DNA from: Takakia lepidozioides
Lineage: Eukaryota; Plantae; Bryophyta
Reading direction: 5' to 3'
NCBI GenBank assembly: GCA_030704615.1
Contig: CM060732.1
Coordinates: 11,160,001 to 11,224,000, forward strand
Length of the DNA stretch: 64,000 bases
Position numbers and translations under genes: made by a program. Shown here one piece after another: positions 49,035 through 62,809 of this stretch; the stretch's first letter is position 1, and every line of letters begins with the position of its first letter. The notes beneath the pieces were generated by a model. It worked only from the letters and a program-made list of their open reading frames with translations, was not told the DNA's origin and did not search any database.

Positions 49035-51444
49035 TCACCAGTAATCCTCACAAGAACAAACCCCATCTTGGAAGTGGTGGAAGCAGTTGGCATCCCGTAC
49101 AACAACTACTCGCCCAACAATCTTCGAGATGAACTTGATAGCTGAGTGACAGTCTCCACACACCCGGAGGTTCTTGATGATGCGGATGAGCGTCCCTGGG
49201 GGTGTGCTGATGAGCCCAAAAGCTATGGCCAGTTTTCTCACTATGGTGGGAGAGAGAAATTTTCTTATGGTCCTCCTCCTCATCATGCAACACAAAATGC
49301 GTGTCAGGGACATAGCCAGCCTCCTTCAGTTGGCCAGACAATATCTCCAGTTCAGCATGGATTTCCTCAATTTGTGGATGTAATTTATCTTCAGCAATGA
49401 ATGTATAAACCTGGTTGTCCACCTCAATGCTGCTGCACCCTGGCTCCTTTCTGACACCTCTGTCCTCCATCATTCTTCTCACCTTTGCTGTATCCTCCCA
49501 CCTGCCTCCTGCAGCATAGATGTTCGATAGCAGCACATATGTTGCAGTATCCTGTGGATCCAACTTGAGAAGGCACTGTGCTGCATGTTCTGCCACCTCC
49601 ACATCAGTATGAATGTTGCAGGCACCAAGCAAAGCCCCCCACACCGTAGCACCTACTTCGATTGGCATTTTGTTTATTAAATCCTGCGCCTCTTCCAGTC
49701 GTCCTGCACGGCCAAGAAGGTTCACCATGCAGCTATAGTGCTCCACTGTGGGAGTAAGGCCATAATCTCGGTTGATTGAATAAAAGAAGTGACAGCCTTC
49801 ATCCACCAGGCCCACATTGTTACAGGCAGAGAGAAGACATGTAAAGGTGACGCTGTTTGGCTTGAAGCCTTCCAGTTGCATTTGTTCAAATAGGTGTAGG
49901 GCCTCCATACCACGCCCATGTTGAGCATAACCTGCGATCAACACATTCCACGAGACCACATCACGTTTCGCCATTTTGTCAAACACGTTCCGTGCATCCT
50001 TCATGCTCCCGCATTTGGCATACATATTAACAAGGGTATTCTCCAGAATAATATCTGGCACAATTCTGCTTTTGTCGATGTCAGCGTGTACCTGTTTGCC
50101 TTTCCCCAGGGCAGCCAGGATGGCACAAGCGTTGAGAACACAAGTCAATGTCACCCTGTCAGGCATCACCCCTTCCAGTTGCATTTGTTCATACATCTGC
50201 AAAGCCTCCCTACCACACCCATGCTGAGTATATCCTGCCATCATCGCACTCCATGAGATCACATTTTGTTGTTCCATATTTCCAAACACTTGAACTGCAT
50301 CCTTCATGTTCCCACATTTTGCATACATGTTGACAAGGGCAGTCTCTAAAATGATATCCGGCACAATTCCAGCTTTTATGATGTCAGCATGTACCTCTTT
50401 TCCCTTTTCCACATCCGCTAGAATCGCACAAGCATTGAGAATACAAACAAACGTGACCCTGGTGGGCATCAGCCCATCCTGTATCATTTGCTCATAGGTT
50501 ATGAAAGCCTCCCTACCACACCCATGCTGGGCATATCCTGCAATCAACGCACTCCATGCAACCACATCTCTTTTAGCCATATTATCAAATACTTGCCGTG
50601 CATCCTTCATGCTCCCACATTTGGCATACATGTCGACAGTTGCAGTCTCCAAAATGATGTCTGGAGCAATTCCGGCTTTTATGATGTCAGCATGGACCTC
50701 TTTGCCTTTTTCCAGAGTTCCTAGGCTGGCACACGCCTTGAGAACGCAGATGAATGTGACCCTGTTGGGTGTCACCCATTCCTGTACCATCTGCTCATAG
50801 AGCTTCACAGCCTCGCTACCACACCCCTGCTTCACATATCCTGCCAACATTGTAGTCCATGTAAACACATCACGTGCAGGCATATTGTCAAACACTTGGC
50901 GTGCATCAACTACGCTCCCGTACTTGGCATACATGTTGACAAGAGTGTTGAGTAGAATGATTTTCGGCTTGAATCCATTTTGGATCATGTGAGCGTGCAC
51001 CTGCTTCCCCTCTGTTAAGCCTTTCATGTTGATGCACTCCTGTAAGAGAAAGCAATAAGTATTGGAATCTGCCACAACGCCTTGTTGGTTTAAAATGTGC
51101 AGAGCGTCTTTCGTTTGTCCTGCCTTCCATAATGTCCTCACATCCCCACATGTGACAGAAGAGTTCTTGGTGACTCCCTCTCTTGATCGCCACTCAATGG
51201 CAGTACTCCTGGTGGAGATGCCTGATCCAACCCTGCCATCCTGCGTGACTCTTTGGTTACAAACCTTTTCACACACACAGATTTCTCTCTTCGTTTGTAG
51301 TTCTTTTTCTCCAATCAAACTCCCGTAACATGCGTTGACCCTCCTACATAATTTATATATATCTTCATGAGGACATGCTCCTTGCACACATAGCAGGGTT
51401 GCAGAGCTACATCTACATTCTTTCAGTTGGGACCCTTCAATCAT
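49035..51444 (-). CDS. PLS-class PPR protein with E domains and DYW deaminase (organellar C-to-U editing factor); +1 frameshift after HSEK
   Basis: Repeated [22 protein letters not shown] motifs, PG box [12 protein letters not shown], then in another frame [25 protein letters not shown]. Confidence 0.93.
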
Positions 51445-52263
51445 CACCCTCTTATATTATGGGATACAAATTCTGCTTGACCTTGCATCATGGCAGATAG
51501 CTCTGCTTTCACCCAAGCAGGGTTCAATCCAAAGGGCCTCAATTGCACGCTAAGATTTGGAGTCTTGTGATCTTAGATTTCTCTCTGAAAGTGACCACTA
51601 GGCAGCTGAGTAAATACGCTTCAGAAACGGCGTCCCCCTGACCAAGTAAAGCTTCACACATATGCCAAATGACAGAACAGCCTTGAACCACCTACTTTCT
51701 GAACAGCCGACAAATAGCAACAGTAGAACTGCTTTTGCTGTATTTGTGCACTAAACAGAAAGCTGTCACTAATTTCAGAAAACAGTCCATAAAATGTTGT
51801 CATGCTAACATCAGTCACAAGCGCTAGTTGATAGACACTTTAAAGTCCTAATTCAAGACAGGTTGTCCCCTCACAGCAAAGGATCTGAGAAGAACTCCTG
51901 CCAGAGCAGTTCTTTGCTGAATCCTTGGCCAGTGTGCAAGAACTACGCGGAAGTGAGCCCTTAGACCGGTTCCTATTGCCTCGTCTCTTTGCACCATGCG
52001 AGTTATCTACAGACTATGCCCTCAAGAGTTTCCCACAGCCAACGTTAGCAGGGGAATGTTCAGTAGCAGATCTCCCCCTGCCTTTAATATCCAGTAGGTG
52101 ACTGCCGATTGTCGCTCTGCAGCAATATGTGTCAAATCTGTGCTACTTAGCCCTCTACATTAAAGGGGGAGCTCAACATGCTTGCAAGTTCACTTGCGGC
52201 GGAATTTCGATGGGCTAGGCGACCCTGAGGACAAACTCCTCAGTGACGGGCAGGCCTAATCGA

Positions 52264-52289
52264 GAACTCTCTCTCTCTCTCTCTCTCTC
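52264..52289. repeat. (CT)n microsatellite
   Basis: ctctctctctctctctctctctc run. Confidence 0.85.
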
Positions 52290-54091
52290 ACCGTATGCAA
52301 AAGAAAATCAAAGTGTCACTTGAGCAGATATTGAAGAAGCTGATGGAACGAGAAGAATGTCGAATGCACTTCCTGTCTCACCATAATGCGGGCAAGTTTC
52401 TGCCGGGATGGCTCAAGGAGCCAACGCACAACTAGCCGACCAAGAAAACGACACCAAAGATGAACACGCTATACCTTTCTTGGGTCTCCCTGGAGGCTGG
52501 GGAGGGGTCACAGCCATGACTCGCAAGGGTCCGACGCCCGGCATTGCCGAGCTGCATATATAATTCTCCTCCAGGCGCGATAATCTGCAGCATGATGCAA
52601 GGCTTCCCAGCCGTTCAGTAAAAGGAGAGGCCATACCCAAGGTTGTGTGCATGGCCTCTCCCTACGTGCTCACCACACCTCCGCCCCCTCCGCCATCATC
52701 CTGCAGCTCTAAACCTTGAGTCTAGATCCGTGCTGAAACAACACACACTGCAGGGTGGATGGTGCCATCGCTGGGCTCAGCGAGCATGCAGCCCTTGAAG
52801 CTTCCAAGGTTGCTCACTGATGGATGGGCAGACTCTGATGACGATTTTGGGTACCTACCTAGCTACAGTAAACTGCTCGCACCAACCTACCAAGATTCAC
52901 CCAAGTGAAGATAAAACAAGTAGCAATGCTAATAGCTACCCCTTTTTCTTCCGTGAGGCTCAACAGAGAGATGGGCTTTTGATTTCTCTTTCCTAAAATA
53001 CCACAGTGTCTCTAAAGATAGAAGGATGCCAGACCAGTTACATGACCATGCTTCCAGCGTTGCACAGCGGCCGCCAACTTCTAGACTTAAGTGGAAGAAC
53101 CAGTTGCATATACCAATAAAAGATTTAATAGTTTATCTTTATATTTTAATCATTTTTTAGTTATTTTTAGTATTCATTTTTTAGTCATAACCTAAATTTA
53201 TTAGAATCATTAAAAAAGAAATCTAGAATTTGGAGCAGAGCGCGATGTAGGAGCTCCGTGGTTTGCGGTGAGAGTGAGCCCCCAACGGTCTCTTCGTCTC
53301 CCTCCCAGGCCTCTCCATCGCTTACATCGGCTACCTCCCTATCGTTTGGGGGAAAAACCAATAGCATAACCCAAACCTCAGGAGCTTCTGCTACGTTGGA
53401 TACTAACTTTATTGATAACTTCTCAGTCCGGATCACAGAAATTCAAGTTTCCCATTTTGCAAGCCCACCATCATCACCTCTTCATCCTGGATCTCTCTCT
53501 TAACTCTCCCACAAGTAAGCGGCGCATTCCATCCGTATTGGGATTCCAAATCCCCTATAGTCGCTGTCAACTTCATGACGCTTAACTTCGCCTCTGCCAC
53601 CTAGTCGAGCCCCCCAGTGGCCGAAACCAGCTACCCCAAAACCCCTCCACACTCTCACTATCACTTCTCACCCACTCTCTAAGTCATCCAGTCTCAGCTC
53701 TTATCTCTCCAAACTCTATTCACTGCCCCCACTGCGAACAGTCTTGTTTTCGTGTCTTCTTCTTAACTCTCCTTCCTAAGTTTCTCTTCTCCCTGATATG
53801 GGTCCTCTCAATGCCGTGTAGCGCCGTCGCAACTCCAACTCCTGGAAACGGTGCCATCCAGGCCCATCCAAAACCCCGCTGATCACCCGACCCCAGCCAT
53901 CCTCAGGAACAGGATTCTTCCTGGCCCACCAGGCTCAGGCGATCCTTCCACATCAGCTCTAGGCCAGGAGGTCGGACCCCCCCATGCTCGCGTCACACCA
54001 TCTATAGACCAGGTGGCCGGGAACCCCCGTATGCGAGATACAGCCCGCACATCAGCAAGTACAAGCTCGTCAGGGGGAAATTGCTCCAACC

Positions 54092-55404
54092 ATGGACAAC
54101 ACACCCCTGGACGAACATGCCTTTCTGTTGAAAGAAGATTTGGAAGAACAGGAGGCGATGGCATTCGAATGGGATCTTATCTCCATGAATGTACCTCAGA
54201 TGCGCAAGAGAGTGGTATCTCTGGAAGAAATAGGCATCCTGGCCCACTTTCCAGGGAGAAAAGTTGGCCGAGCATATGTCCGAGACTGGGCAACTCGCCA
54301 CTTTGGGGGAGCTGGGGGGGTTTTTTTTCAATTGCATTTGAAAACCAGGCAGCTGCAGCACAAGCCCTCAATTTTAATCCTCACCTATATGGGTTCAACG
54401 TCAATATCTTCCCTTGGTCATCCAACATGGGCAACCGGAATGGCAAACTGTGGGGACCAAGAATTGTATCAGTCCCATTCATTTTAGATCAATATCTACC
54501 CAACCTCCCTGATATAGCCAACCACTTTGGGTTTTATCTGGGCTGCATCTCAGTATTTGACCCCTTCATGTGTATGGACAATATCAGGAGCGATCCGGCT
54601 TGGAGAGCCACCACCATTGCCTCAAGAGTGAATGACTCGGGTAGTGCAAAATTTATTTTAATGATGCCCAATGAGGCTGTCCTTCCGCCCTATGTCAGGC
54701 TATCAATTGATGATGAAGGTAACTACTTCACCATCAAGCTTATTGAGGATACATCATCACAAGTGTGCTTCAACTGTGGAAAGTTGGGCCACATCAAAGC
54801 ACAATGCAAAGCACAGAAAAGGAGAAGATCCGGTGTCAAAAACCATCATACAACCCCCCAATCGGCCAACAGGTATGATGCAAACACACCACCAAGGCAG
54901 TTTGCAAGCTTTGTAAGGAGGGAACAACCAAAGGGCCTCACCCCAACTGATCTGCTGCAAATGCATGGGCTTGCCGAGGAGGAAGCAACGCAACCCAAAA
55001 GCACCAGCCCCTTACCCAGAGTAAACAAAAATCTAAGACAACATAATGATCCTATGCGAGCGGAAGCATCACCAAAAAAGGCTTCTTGGAACTCCAAAGG
55101 GAAATGGATCCCAATGCAGAATGCACTGCCTTCTCCAACTCCACCTCTGGCGGACACAGGTATTCTCCCCAACGTGCCTCCGCCAAAAACCATAATCCTC
55201 ACTGGGATTGCCAGCCACTCCGCAATTGCAAAAAAAATCAGAGGTATCAAATCCTTCCCACACCTCGTTCTTAATTGCTCATCTGCAATCAACACAGATG
55301 ACATCCCCAAGGCCTCATGCATAACCCCGTTAGTGTTCAGGAAAGGACCCCCACAGTCCCTTCTTGTCACAGAATCGGCATGGGAGGATTTTGCTTCCTT
55401 GTGA
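54092..55404 (+). pseudogene. L1 ORF1 (gag-like, zinc knuckle), frameshift near 54320
   Basis: CFNCGKLGHIKAQC, preceded by an RRM-like GFFSIAFEN segment. Confidence 0.7.
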
Positions 55405-56531
55405 ATTACTGTTCAGGACGTTCACAACTTCATTGTCAATTGTCCACCCAGCACATGTCCAGAAAATATGCTCAGAAAGAAAATTCAGGACTTCTTGCTG
55501 GTTTTCCTACCGCACTATCACCTAGCAAGGACCACAAAAGTATTCTGGGACTCCTTTCTGGAAAACTTCCCTGGGCTCAGTTGCAACCCAGCAGTGCATA
55601 TCCTCGCTTTGTTAGAGGAAGCTGACATTTACCTCAACCCGCCACCCACGGGGGCAATCTGGGTCAAGAAAAGTATCATGGCAGAGCCAAGAGGGGCCAC
55701 CAGACTCAAACCCAGATTCAGGGACACACTCGCAAATGCATTATCCATCCTTGAGGCCATCATGGAAGCGGATATTGATGAAGAAAACCACAGAGGAGAC
55801 CTGCAGAGAACAAGAGACCACTTGTAAGGTGTACAAGTGCAGTTGACATCCTCCTCATCGAGTGTTTCGAGAAGTTCGGACTGCCCAAAAGAGGCCGCAT
55901 AGGATCAGGAGCTATCTGCCAACGCAATTCAGGGACTCACTAGTCAGCCCCAACTTTCTTCAGACAATTCTCCACAGGAAGGATCAACCCAGGGATAGCA
56001 CGCACCTCTATCTGGCCCATCTTCGGAGGAACAATGCAACACATTGGGCCAGGTTTTTCTTCCTCCCGCTCCCTGTTTTATCTTCTACCTAGACAGACTC
56101 AATTCCAAAAGATGTTGGTTGCTTTGTTGCAAGGGAGTTAAACAGGCTTGCAAGAAAATCCCAACAATTTCTTTGCCTCAAATGCTAGCTTTACCTTATA
56201 CACATGTCTCTAGTCCTGAATCTCCCACACCACCACTTCAGTTACATCCGCCCGCAGAATTCCTACAAAAAGCAGGCAGTCTTATTTCTATCTCAGCTCT
56301 CCAGCCAAACCAAGGCCAATTTACTACCACAATCCCGCCAAATCTTATTCACACTGTCGTCATGGTGATGATAAAAAAATAAACCCCCAAGCCTCCCACT
56401 GGTTTTCAATGGGTAAACATCCTACTCCCCACAGACAAAAGGGTCAAATTCTATTTTGATCACCCTGGGCCATCAAATGTGAGTAATACCTAGCCCTAGA
56501 AGTCCCTCTTCATGTTGATTAACCTGGACTC

Positions 56532-59500
56532 TTGGAATATTCGGGGTCTGGCCAGGGGCCAGACTCCCTTAAAAGAATCAGGCTTCGATCCTGGCTCAGC
56601 CCTATGCTGCAGCAAGACGCCATAGTAGCCATTCAAGAACATAAACTAAACACACCCAAAATCTTAGAACTCTCAAATCACTTGTGGCCCAAAACTCTAT
56701 CTCTTTGGAAACCCACGTCGGTGGGCTGTAGGGGAGGTATTGCCATCCTCCTATCTCCCTCCATCCACGCTCTCATGGTCTTAGAAGATTTATGGATCCC
56801 AGGAAGAGCTCAATTTTGTGCTATCAACCTCCCAAACAATGCAGGCTCCATAGGAATAGTCAACATCTACGCCCCCAACTCAACTGTGGATAGGACTGAT
56901 TTCTGGTCGGCTATAGACAATAAAATGAAAGACAAGCCGTACCTAGATAGCTGGATCTTGATGGGAGATTTCAATATGGTCGAAACCCTTCAAGATCGCA
57001 GGGGACCTTCCTCATCAAACCCATCCCAGGCAGAGACAGACTCGTGGAACTCCCTTCACCAAAACCATAACCTTACCAAAGCCATCACCTCCTCTCACCC
57101 CAACTCCAACCGCCCCGCATTTACCTGGACAAACAACAGATCGCTCAATCACTTACAAATGGCCAGGCTAGACAGATTCTACACATCTCTAAATCTAGCT
57201 CAATGGATCTCCAGAAACCCTCAGGCTCCGATTCAACTAGGTTTTGACCACGCCCTAGTTTCAGCATCCCTCAACATCCCTAACACTCAGGCTAGAGGAA
57301 GAGGCATTTTTAAACTGAACTCCTCCTTGCTTAAACTCACCTCCTTCAAACAAGGCCTTGTACAAGCATGGTCTCAAGCAGGCATGCTTGCCAGAGACCC
57401 AACCTCGAAATTCGAAGCCAAGCTCAAAGCCACATCCAATGCTGCTCAAGATATGAGCAAAGTATTGGCCCTGGCCCGCTCCCGGAAAATCAAAGCCTGG
57501 ACAAAATGCCTTTCTGCTTGTCAAGCTAGAATAGAATCCCCCAGATGTGATCTGCATACACACATGACCTATCTAGAAGCCAAACAAAACCTCGAAAACT
57601 TGCAATCAACTTTAGACCAAAAACTTAAACTTCAAGCGGGCATCAACTGGTCTACAAAGGGTGAGAAGATGACAAAATACTTCTTTGACAAAACAAAGCT
57701 TCGTAGATCATCCCAAAACATCACTGAACTGATCGACCAAACCTCAGGTGAGGTAGCCTTTGATCCCAAACAACTAGCAAGAATGGCAGAAAGACACCTT
57801 CAGTCCCTTTTCTACAGCAGTTCTGAGGGAGACACGACTCTATCTCATCATCAACTAGACTGCTTGTTAAAAACTCCCACTATCTTTTCCGGAGACCTGG
57901 CAGCTACTCTGGAAAGACCATTCACAGAAAAGGAGCTGGAGATAGCCCTCTCCAAGATGCACAATGGAAAATCGCCAGGGCTGGACGGACTCCCTGTGGA
58001 GTTCTACAAAAGCCTTTGGAAAGAAATTGCCAAAGACTTTCTCTCCATGGCAAATCACATCTTTGAGATAGGTCAGATGCCCGCCTCCATGTCCCAGGGG
58101 ATGGTGACTCTCATCTTCAAGAAAGGGGACCGTACCAACTTATCTAACTACCGCCCCATCACCCTTCTCAACGTGGCTTACAAGATCATAGCCAAAGCAC
58201 TGGCGCTACGTCTACAACCACTGCTGCCCAAACTAATTAGGCCAAACCAAACCAGTTTCATTAAGGGTCGCTACATCATGGACAACCTGCTCTTGGCTCA
58301 AGAGGCGCCACTCTTCGCTCATAAAACTGACCAAACCATTGCTTTGTTGCTCCTAAAATTCGAGAAAGCCTTTGATAGGGTGGAATGGTCATACCTATTA
58401 GGGACCCTTACCGAGATAGGCCTTCCAGACTCGTTCTGTCAGTGGGTACGCATTTTGTTGGCAAATTCCTCCAGCAGGGTCATTGTCAACGGGCAACTAT
58501 CCAAACCATTCTCTCTTTATAGGTCGGTCAGGCAAGGCTGCCCCCTTGCTCTTTTCCTTTTCCTTTTCGTGGCAGATTCCCTAGGATATTTGCTAGAAAA
58601 CAACCATGACATCCTGGGACTCCAAGTCTCTAACTATCATACACAACAGCCTGCACAAATCAAAGACTCCATGTTTGTTGTTGACACTCTTCTAATTCTG
58701 GATGCAACCACAGCAAACCTCAATACCACATCAGAAACTCTGGAATCATTTTGTCAAGCTTCAGGGTTCAAAGTCAACTGGACCAAAACATGCGCAATCC
58801 TGGCGGGGAATACAGCATCATCCTCAATAGGCACCATCCCTTCATGGGGTGCCCATCTAGGCCTGTCATGTCTGCAGCCTAGTCAATCAACAACATACCT
58901 AGGATACACATTTGGAATCGATCTAACAGATGAGCAACGCTTTGCTCCAACTCTGACGAAGCTAAAGAAGAAACTTGCCTTCTGTGGGTCAAAACACCTC
59001 TTCCTAATAGGCAGAGTTCTGGCTGCCAACCAGATTCACTCGGCTGGAATATGGTTTTTCTCTTCATCATGGAGGCCCAATCCATCCCAAACCAAACAGA
59101 TCAGAGCTCTCCTTAGGAACTTTGTCTAGGGGGCCAAAGACTCACACTCAAATCGCAAAAGACCCCAAGTATCTTGGAAGCAAATATGCCTCCCCAAAAA
59201 ACTAGGGGGCCTGGGCCTAATCGATCCAAACACACAAATCACGGCCCTACTTGGTAAATGGTTACCACGCTTCTTCAGCCCAGAAGGGGGATGGTGGAAA
59301 TTCCTGGTGGCAGGGAATATTCAAACCTCCTCGCCTCTCAGACACTGTTTATGGAACCCGTCCTTTCGCTGGGTGACACAAGGTTTCAAACATAAAACGG
59401 CTGGTTCCTCTCTATGGTCAACCATCTGGCATGCTTGGGCAAGGCTGAGACCTTTCCTTAAAAAATCTGAACCGCTATCCTATGACGAAACCATGAGGCA

Positions 59501-60083
59501 ACATTTATTTCTAAACAGCAAGATGCCATCTCAAGCGCAACGAACCCAGGCAAAAAGATGGTCTTCTTGGGACAGAGATGGGGTCACTCAAGTCAAAGAC
59601 ATCTGGCTCAATCACTCATTCAAGGACCATACATCCATAGCTCTCAAAATTGGAATGGCGAGAGCTGCGAAGGGCTATCAGGCTGTCCAAGACTCTATGC
59701 CATCTTCCTGGCTAGCAATTTTGCAATCTGGAGGCTCATCTCCCAACACTAACTTCTGGACTCTGGGAATTGTGAACAACACACTCTCGGTCTTCTTCAT
59801 TCAGGATAGAATGCAAAATGCCCTACTTGGATTTCCATTTTCAATCAACCCAGTGACAATGATTCTATCCCTTCAAAGCCAAACCCCGTTACATATCCCT
59901 TTGTTCATTCATACACCAATAAGAGTTTGTTACTGGTCCTCAAACTCAAAAGATATGAACCCGGACCCAGACCCGGCTATGCCCATTTACACCTGGCTGG
60001 CGTGTTCCACCTTCCTCTGGGTTCTGGGAAGACCTCTGGCATATCTGCAATTCGACCCCCAAGGAATGGAGCTGGTCATTTAA
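56532..60083 (+). pseudogene. L1 ORF2 (AP endonuclease plus RT), catalytic motifs mutated, stop at 59127-59129
   Basis: AIQEHK, NIYAPN, MGDFN, ARLDRFY, FDH; KSPGLDG, NYRPITLL, SVRQGCPL. MFVVDT replaces YADD and LKFEKAFD replaces LDFEKAFD. Confidence 0.9.
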
Positions 60084-60118
60084 AGGAGACCCAACCCCCT
60101 TCTTTGCATACACCACTA

Positions 60119-60729
60119 GGTGATCTATCAAGGCTTGCTCACACAAAACCTGAAACTCCCCCAAGAACTCTCTCCCCTGGTCCGTGAGTACCTCGGCTGG
60201 AGTACCAAATTGGCTAAGCACTCGATCTAAGAATGCGTACGCAGCCCCCTCACTTGCCTTGTCAGGCAATGCCACCAGTTCAATCCATTTGGAGAAATGT
60301 TCCACCATCACCAGCACATATTTGTTATGGCGAATCGTTAGTGGCAATGGGCCTGCAAAGTCAAGACTCCAACGATAGCCCAAACCTATAATCGGTAAAG
60401 GATGTAATTGTAGAGTAGGTGCATTGAAAGAAGCCCGCACTCTATCACACACCATGCACCTTGCCACTAACTGTTGGCCTACCTTCGTACTAAAGAGACA
60501 ACAGCCAGTGTGACTGCTAAGGAGAGAGATCGGATCCTACAACGAGCCAAGAGGTTCAAGTGGGAGGGGACTCACCTACTCCGAGTATGGGAGGATGGAC
60601 GAGTGAGGATTGTGCCTCATCCAACACAACGAGTGCGATTGGTACGCCATGCCCATGAGGAGTTGGGACATTTTGGGGTGCGGCGCTTTCATAGTTTGTT
60701 GCAAGGACATTATTGGTGGCGGGGCATGC
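60119..60729 (-). pseudogene. Gypsy integrase with internally inverted zinc-binding segment
   Basis: Minus strand: CMVC, WSLDFAGP, VEHFSKW, VLTDQGREF. Plus strand 60474-60729: HEELGHFG..YWWRGM. Confidence 0.88.
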
Positions 60730-62300
60730 TTCATATACATCTTTAGCACCACCAAGCTCCTCACTGATCTCTGGATCGTCATGCACACTATCTCTATGAC
60801 CAATCGCATGGGATGGACCAGCTTGAGCTCCCATTGCTAGAATGCATAAAAATGTAGATGCATGCCATCCTGGCACCATCTCCTCGTCCGTCTCACCATG
60901 CCAACGAGCTCCTATATCATCAAGCTCACTTGTGCATGGATTGCGACTCAATCCATCTGCATCCCGGTTGTCTATTCCGGCTCGATGCACCACCTGGAAG
61001 TCGTACTCTTGAAGCATAAGTGCCCACCATGCAAGCTTCCCTGTAAGCTTGTCTGACTCCATCAACCACTTCAATGGTTGGTGATCCGTGACAAAGGTGA
61101 AGAGATTACCATAGAGGTAGCATCTAAAATGTACCACTGCCCATACTGCAGCTAGACGGTCCCCTTCATATGAACTATACTTCGCCTCGGCATCATTGTT
61201 CGAGTGGCTAGCATATGCCACTACGAACTATCTTCCCTCATCATCCACATGTGTGAGCAGTGCTCCAATCCCCAACATACTCCAATCCGTATGTAGCTGG
61301 AAAAACTGCCTCCGAATAGGCCGCCTCAGTATAGGCGCAGAAGTCAATCGAGCCTTGAGTTCCTCAAAGGCTTCCTCCTGCTCTTCCTCCCACTGCCACT
61401 CCTGACCCACCTTGGTCAACTTGGTAAGAGCCTTTGCAATGCTGCTAAATCCCTTGACAAACCGTCGATAGTAGTTTGCCAACCACATGAAAGCACGAAC
61501 TTTGCTAATATCGATGTGGCATGGAGTGCGTGCAATGGCCTCCACCTTCGTCTTTTGAACACCCAATCCTCCAGGGTATATCATGTGGCCTTGATACTCA
61601 ATATGGTTGTGGAAGAACTTGCATTTCCCAGGGTGCAATTTCAACCCATACGCTCTCAAGCGCTCAAACACCATCTGAAAGTGTTTCTCGTGCTCCTCAA
61701 TCGTAGCACTAAAGATGATGATGTCATCAATGTAGCACCGGGCGAAGTCTAGCCCCGCAAGAATCCTATCCATGACCCTCTAAAACTTTGCAGGAGCATT
61801 CTTCAACCCAAACGGTAGGAACCGCCATTGGTACAAACAATCCTTCCCATGTTGGTCAATCCCCCAGAATACCGTCTTTTGCTTGTCAGCCTCTTTGATT
61901 GGCAACTGGTGGTAACCGGATCGCAAGTCCAATGTGCTAAACACCTTTGCATGCCCAATGGCATCAAAGATCTCCTCTGGAGTTGGCATGGCATATCTAT
62001 CGGACTTAGTCTGACGGTTCATAGGACGGTAGTCCCCACACATCCTCCTTTCTGTCCAATTGCCATAGATATCCTTCTTAGCTGGCACCGTTGCCGAGGC
62101 ATACTCCCCGCTTGACAACTCCACCAATCCAGCTTCGAACAACTCCATAGTCCGTGACTGGATCAAAGACCTCTCCATATCACTATACTTGTAGGGCGTT
62201 CGAAAAATTGGCGTGTCACTTGCCAAATCAATTCGAATCTCCTGGCCTTTCAAACTCCCCAAATCCTTCAAACCGAAGGCAAAGTAATTTCTATAAGCCC
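60730..62300 (-). pseudogene. Gypsy reverse transcriptase plus RNase H
   Basis: RMCGDYRPMN, STLDLRSGYHQ, LPFGLKNAP, YIDDIII, LHTDWS, TDHQPL. One frame broken only by stops. Confidence 0.93.
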
Positions 62301-62809
62301 TTAGAAATCGCTGGATCCTCCGCCTCTCTCCTCCGGTGACTATAGGTCCAACATCTGGTTCCCAGCTGTCCTTAGTGACTGCAACCTTGGGTACACCAAG
62401 CTTGGAAGTAGGAGACGCATCCTTTGGTTGCTAGATAGCAACCTCTTGGGCTTTATCCGCCTACCCTGACCGTGGCGTAGCCTCTACTTGCTCCGCCATA
62501 GCCACCTTGAGAACATCCTCTGGGGAAGAAACGTTCTCAACCTCTTCAAAAACATTGGCTACCTTGGCCTCCAACTGATTATCAGTGTATGGCTTTCCCC
62601 ACTCCTCATACTGCTGCTTGAGAGATCCAATGACTCTCTCTCTTTGCGCATCTCATCCCACTTCTGCCATGGGTGTTTGCACCCCATGATCCTGTGCTCG
62701 CCCCCACTTACTGCCTCCACCGTCCCGGTTGGCAGAGATGGTGCAATATCCAATGGAAGTGCAGAAGTAGCCACCAATGCTTGCAATCTCCGTTGCTCAG
62801 CCATGCACA

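Larger units (their letters stand above)
53200..60118 (+). mobile_element. Near full-length, inactivated L1-clade LINE; 3' end replaced by Gypsy sequence
   Basis: ORF1 with CCHC knuckle and ORF2 with APE plus RT. 5' boundary is approximate. Confidence 0.8.

Noticed and set aside
49035-49450. U-to-C (DYW:KP/GRP-type) editing factor
   Set aside because: Canonical PG box, HSE and DYW ending indicate an ordinary C-to-U type.
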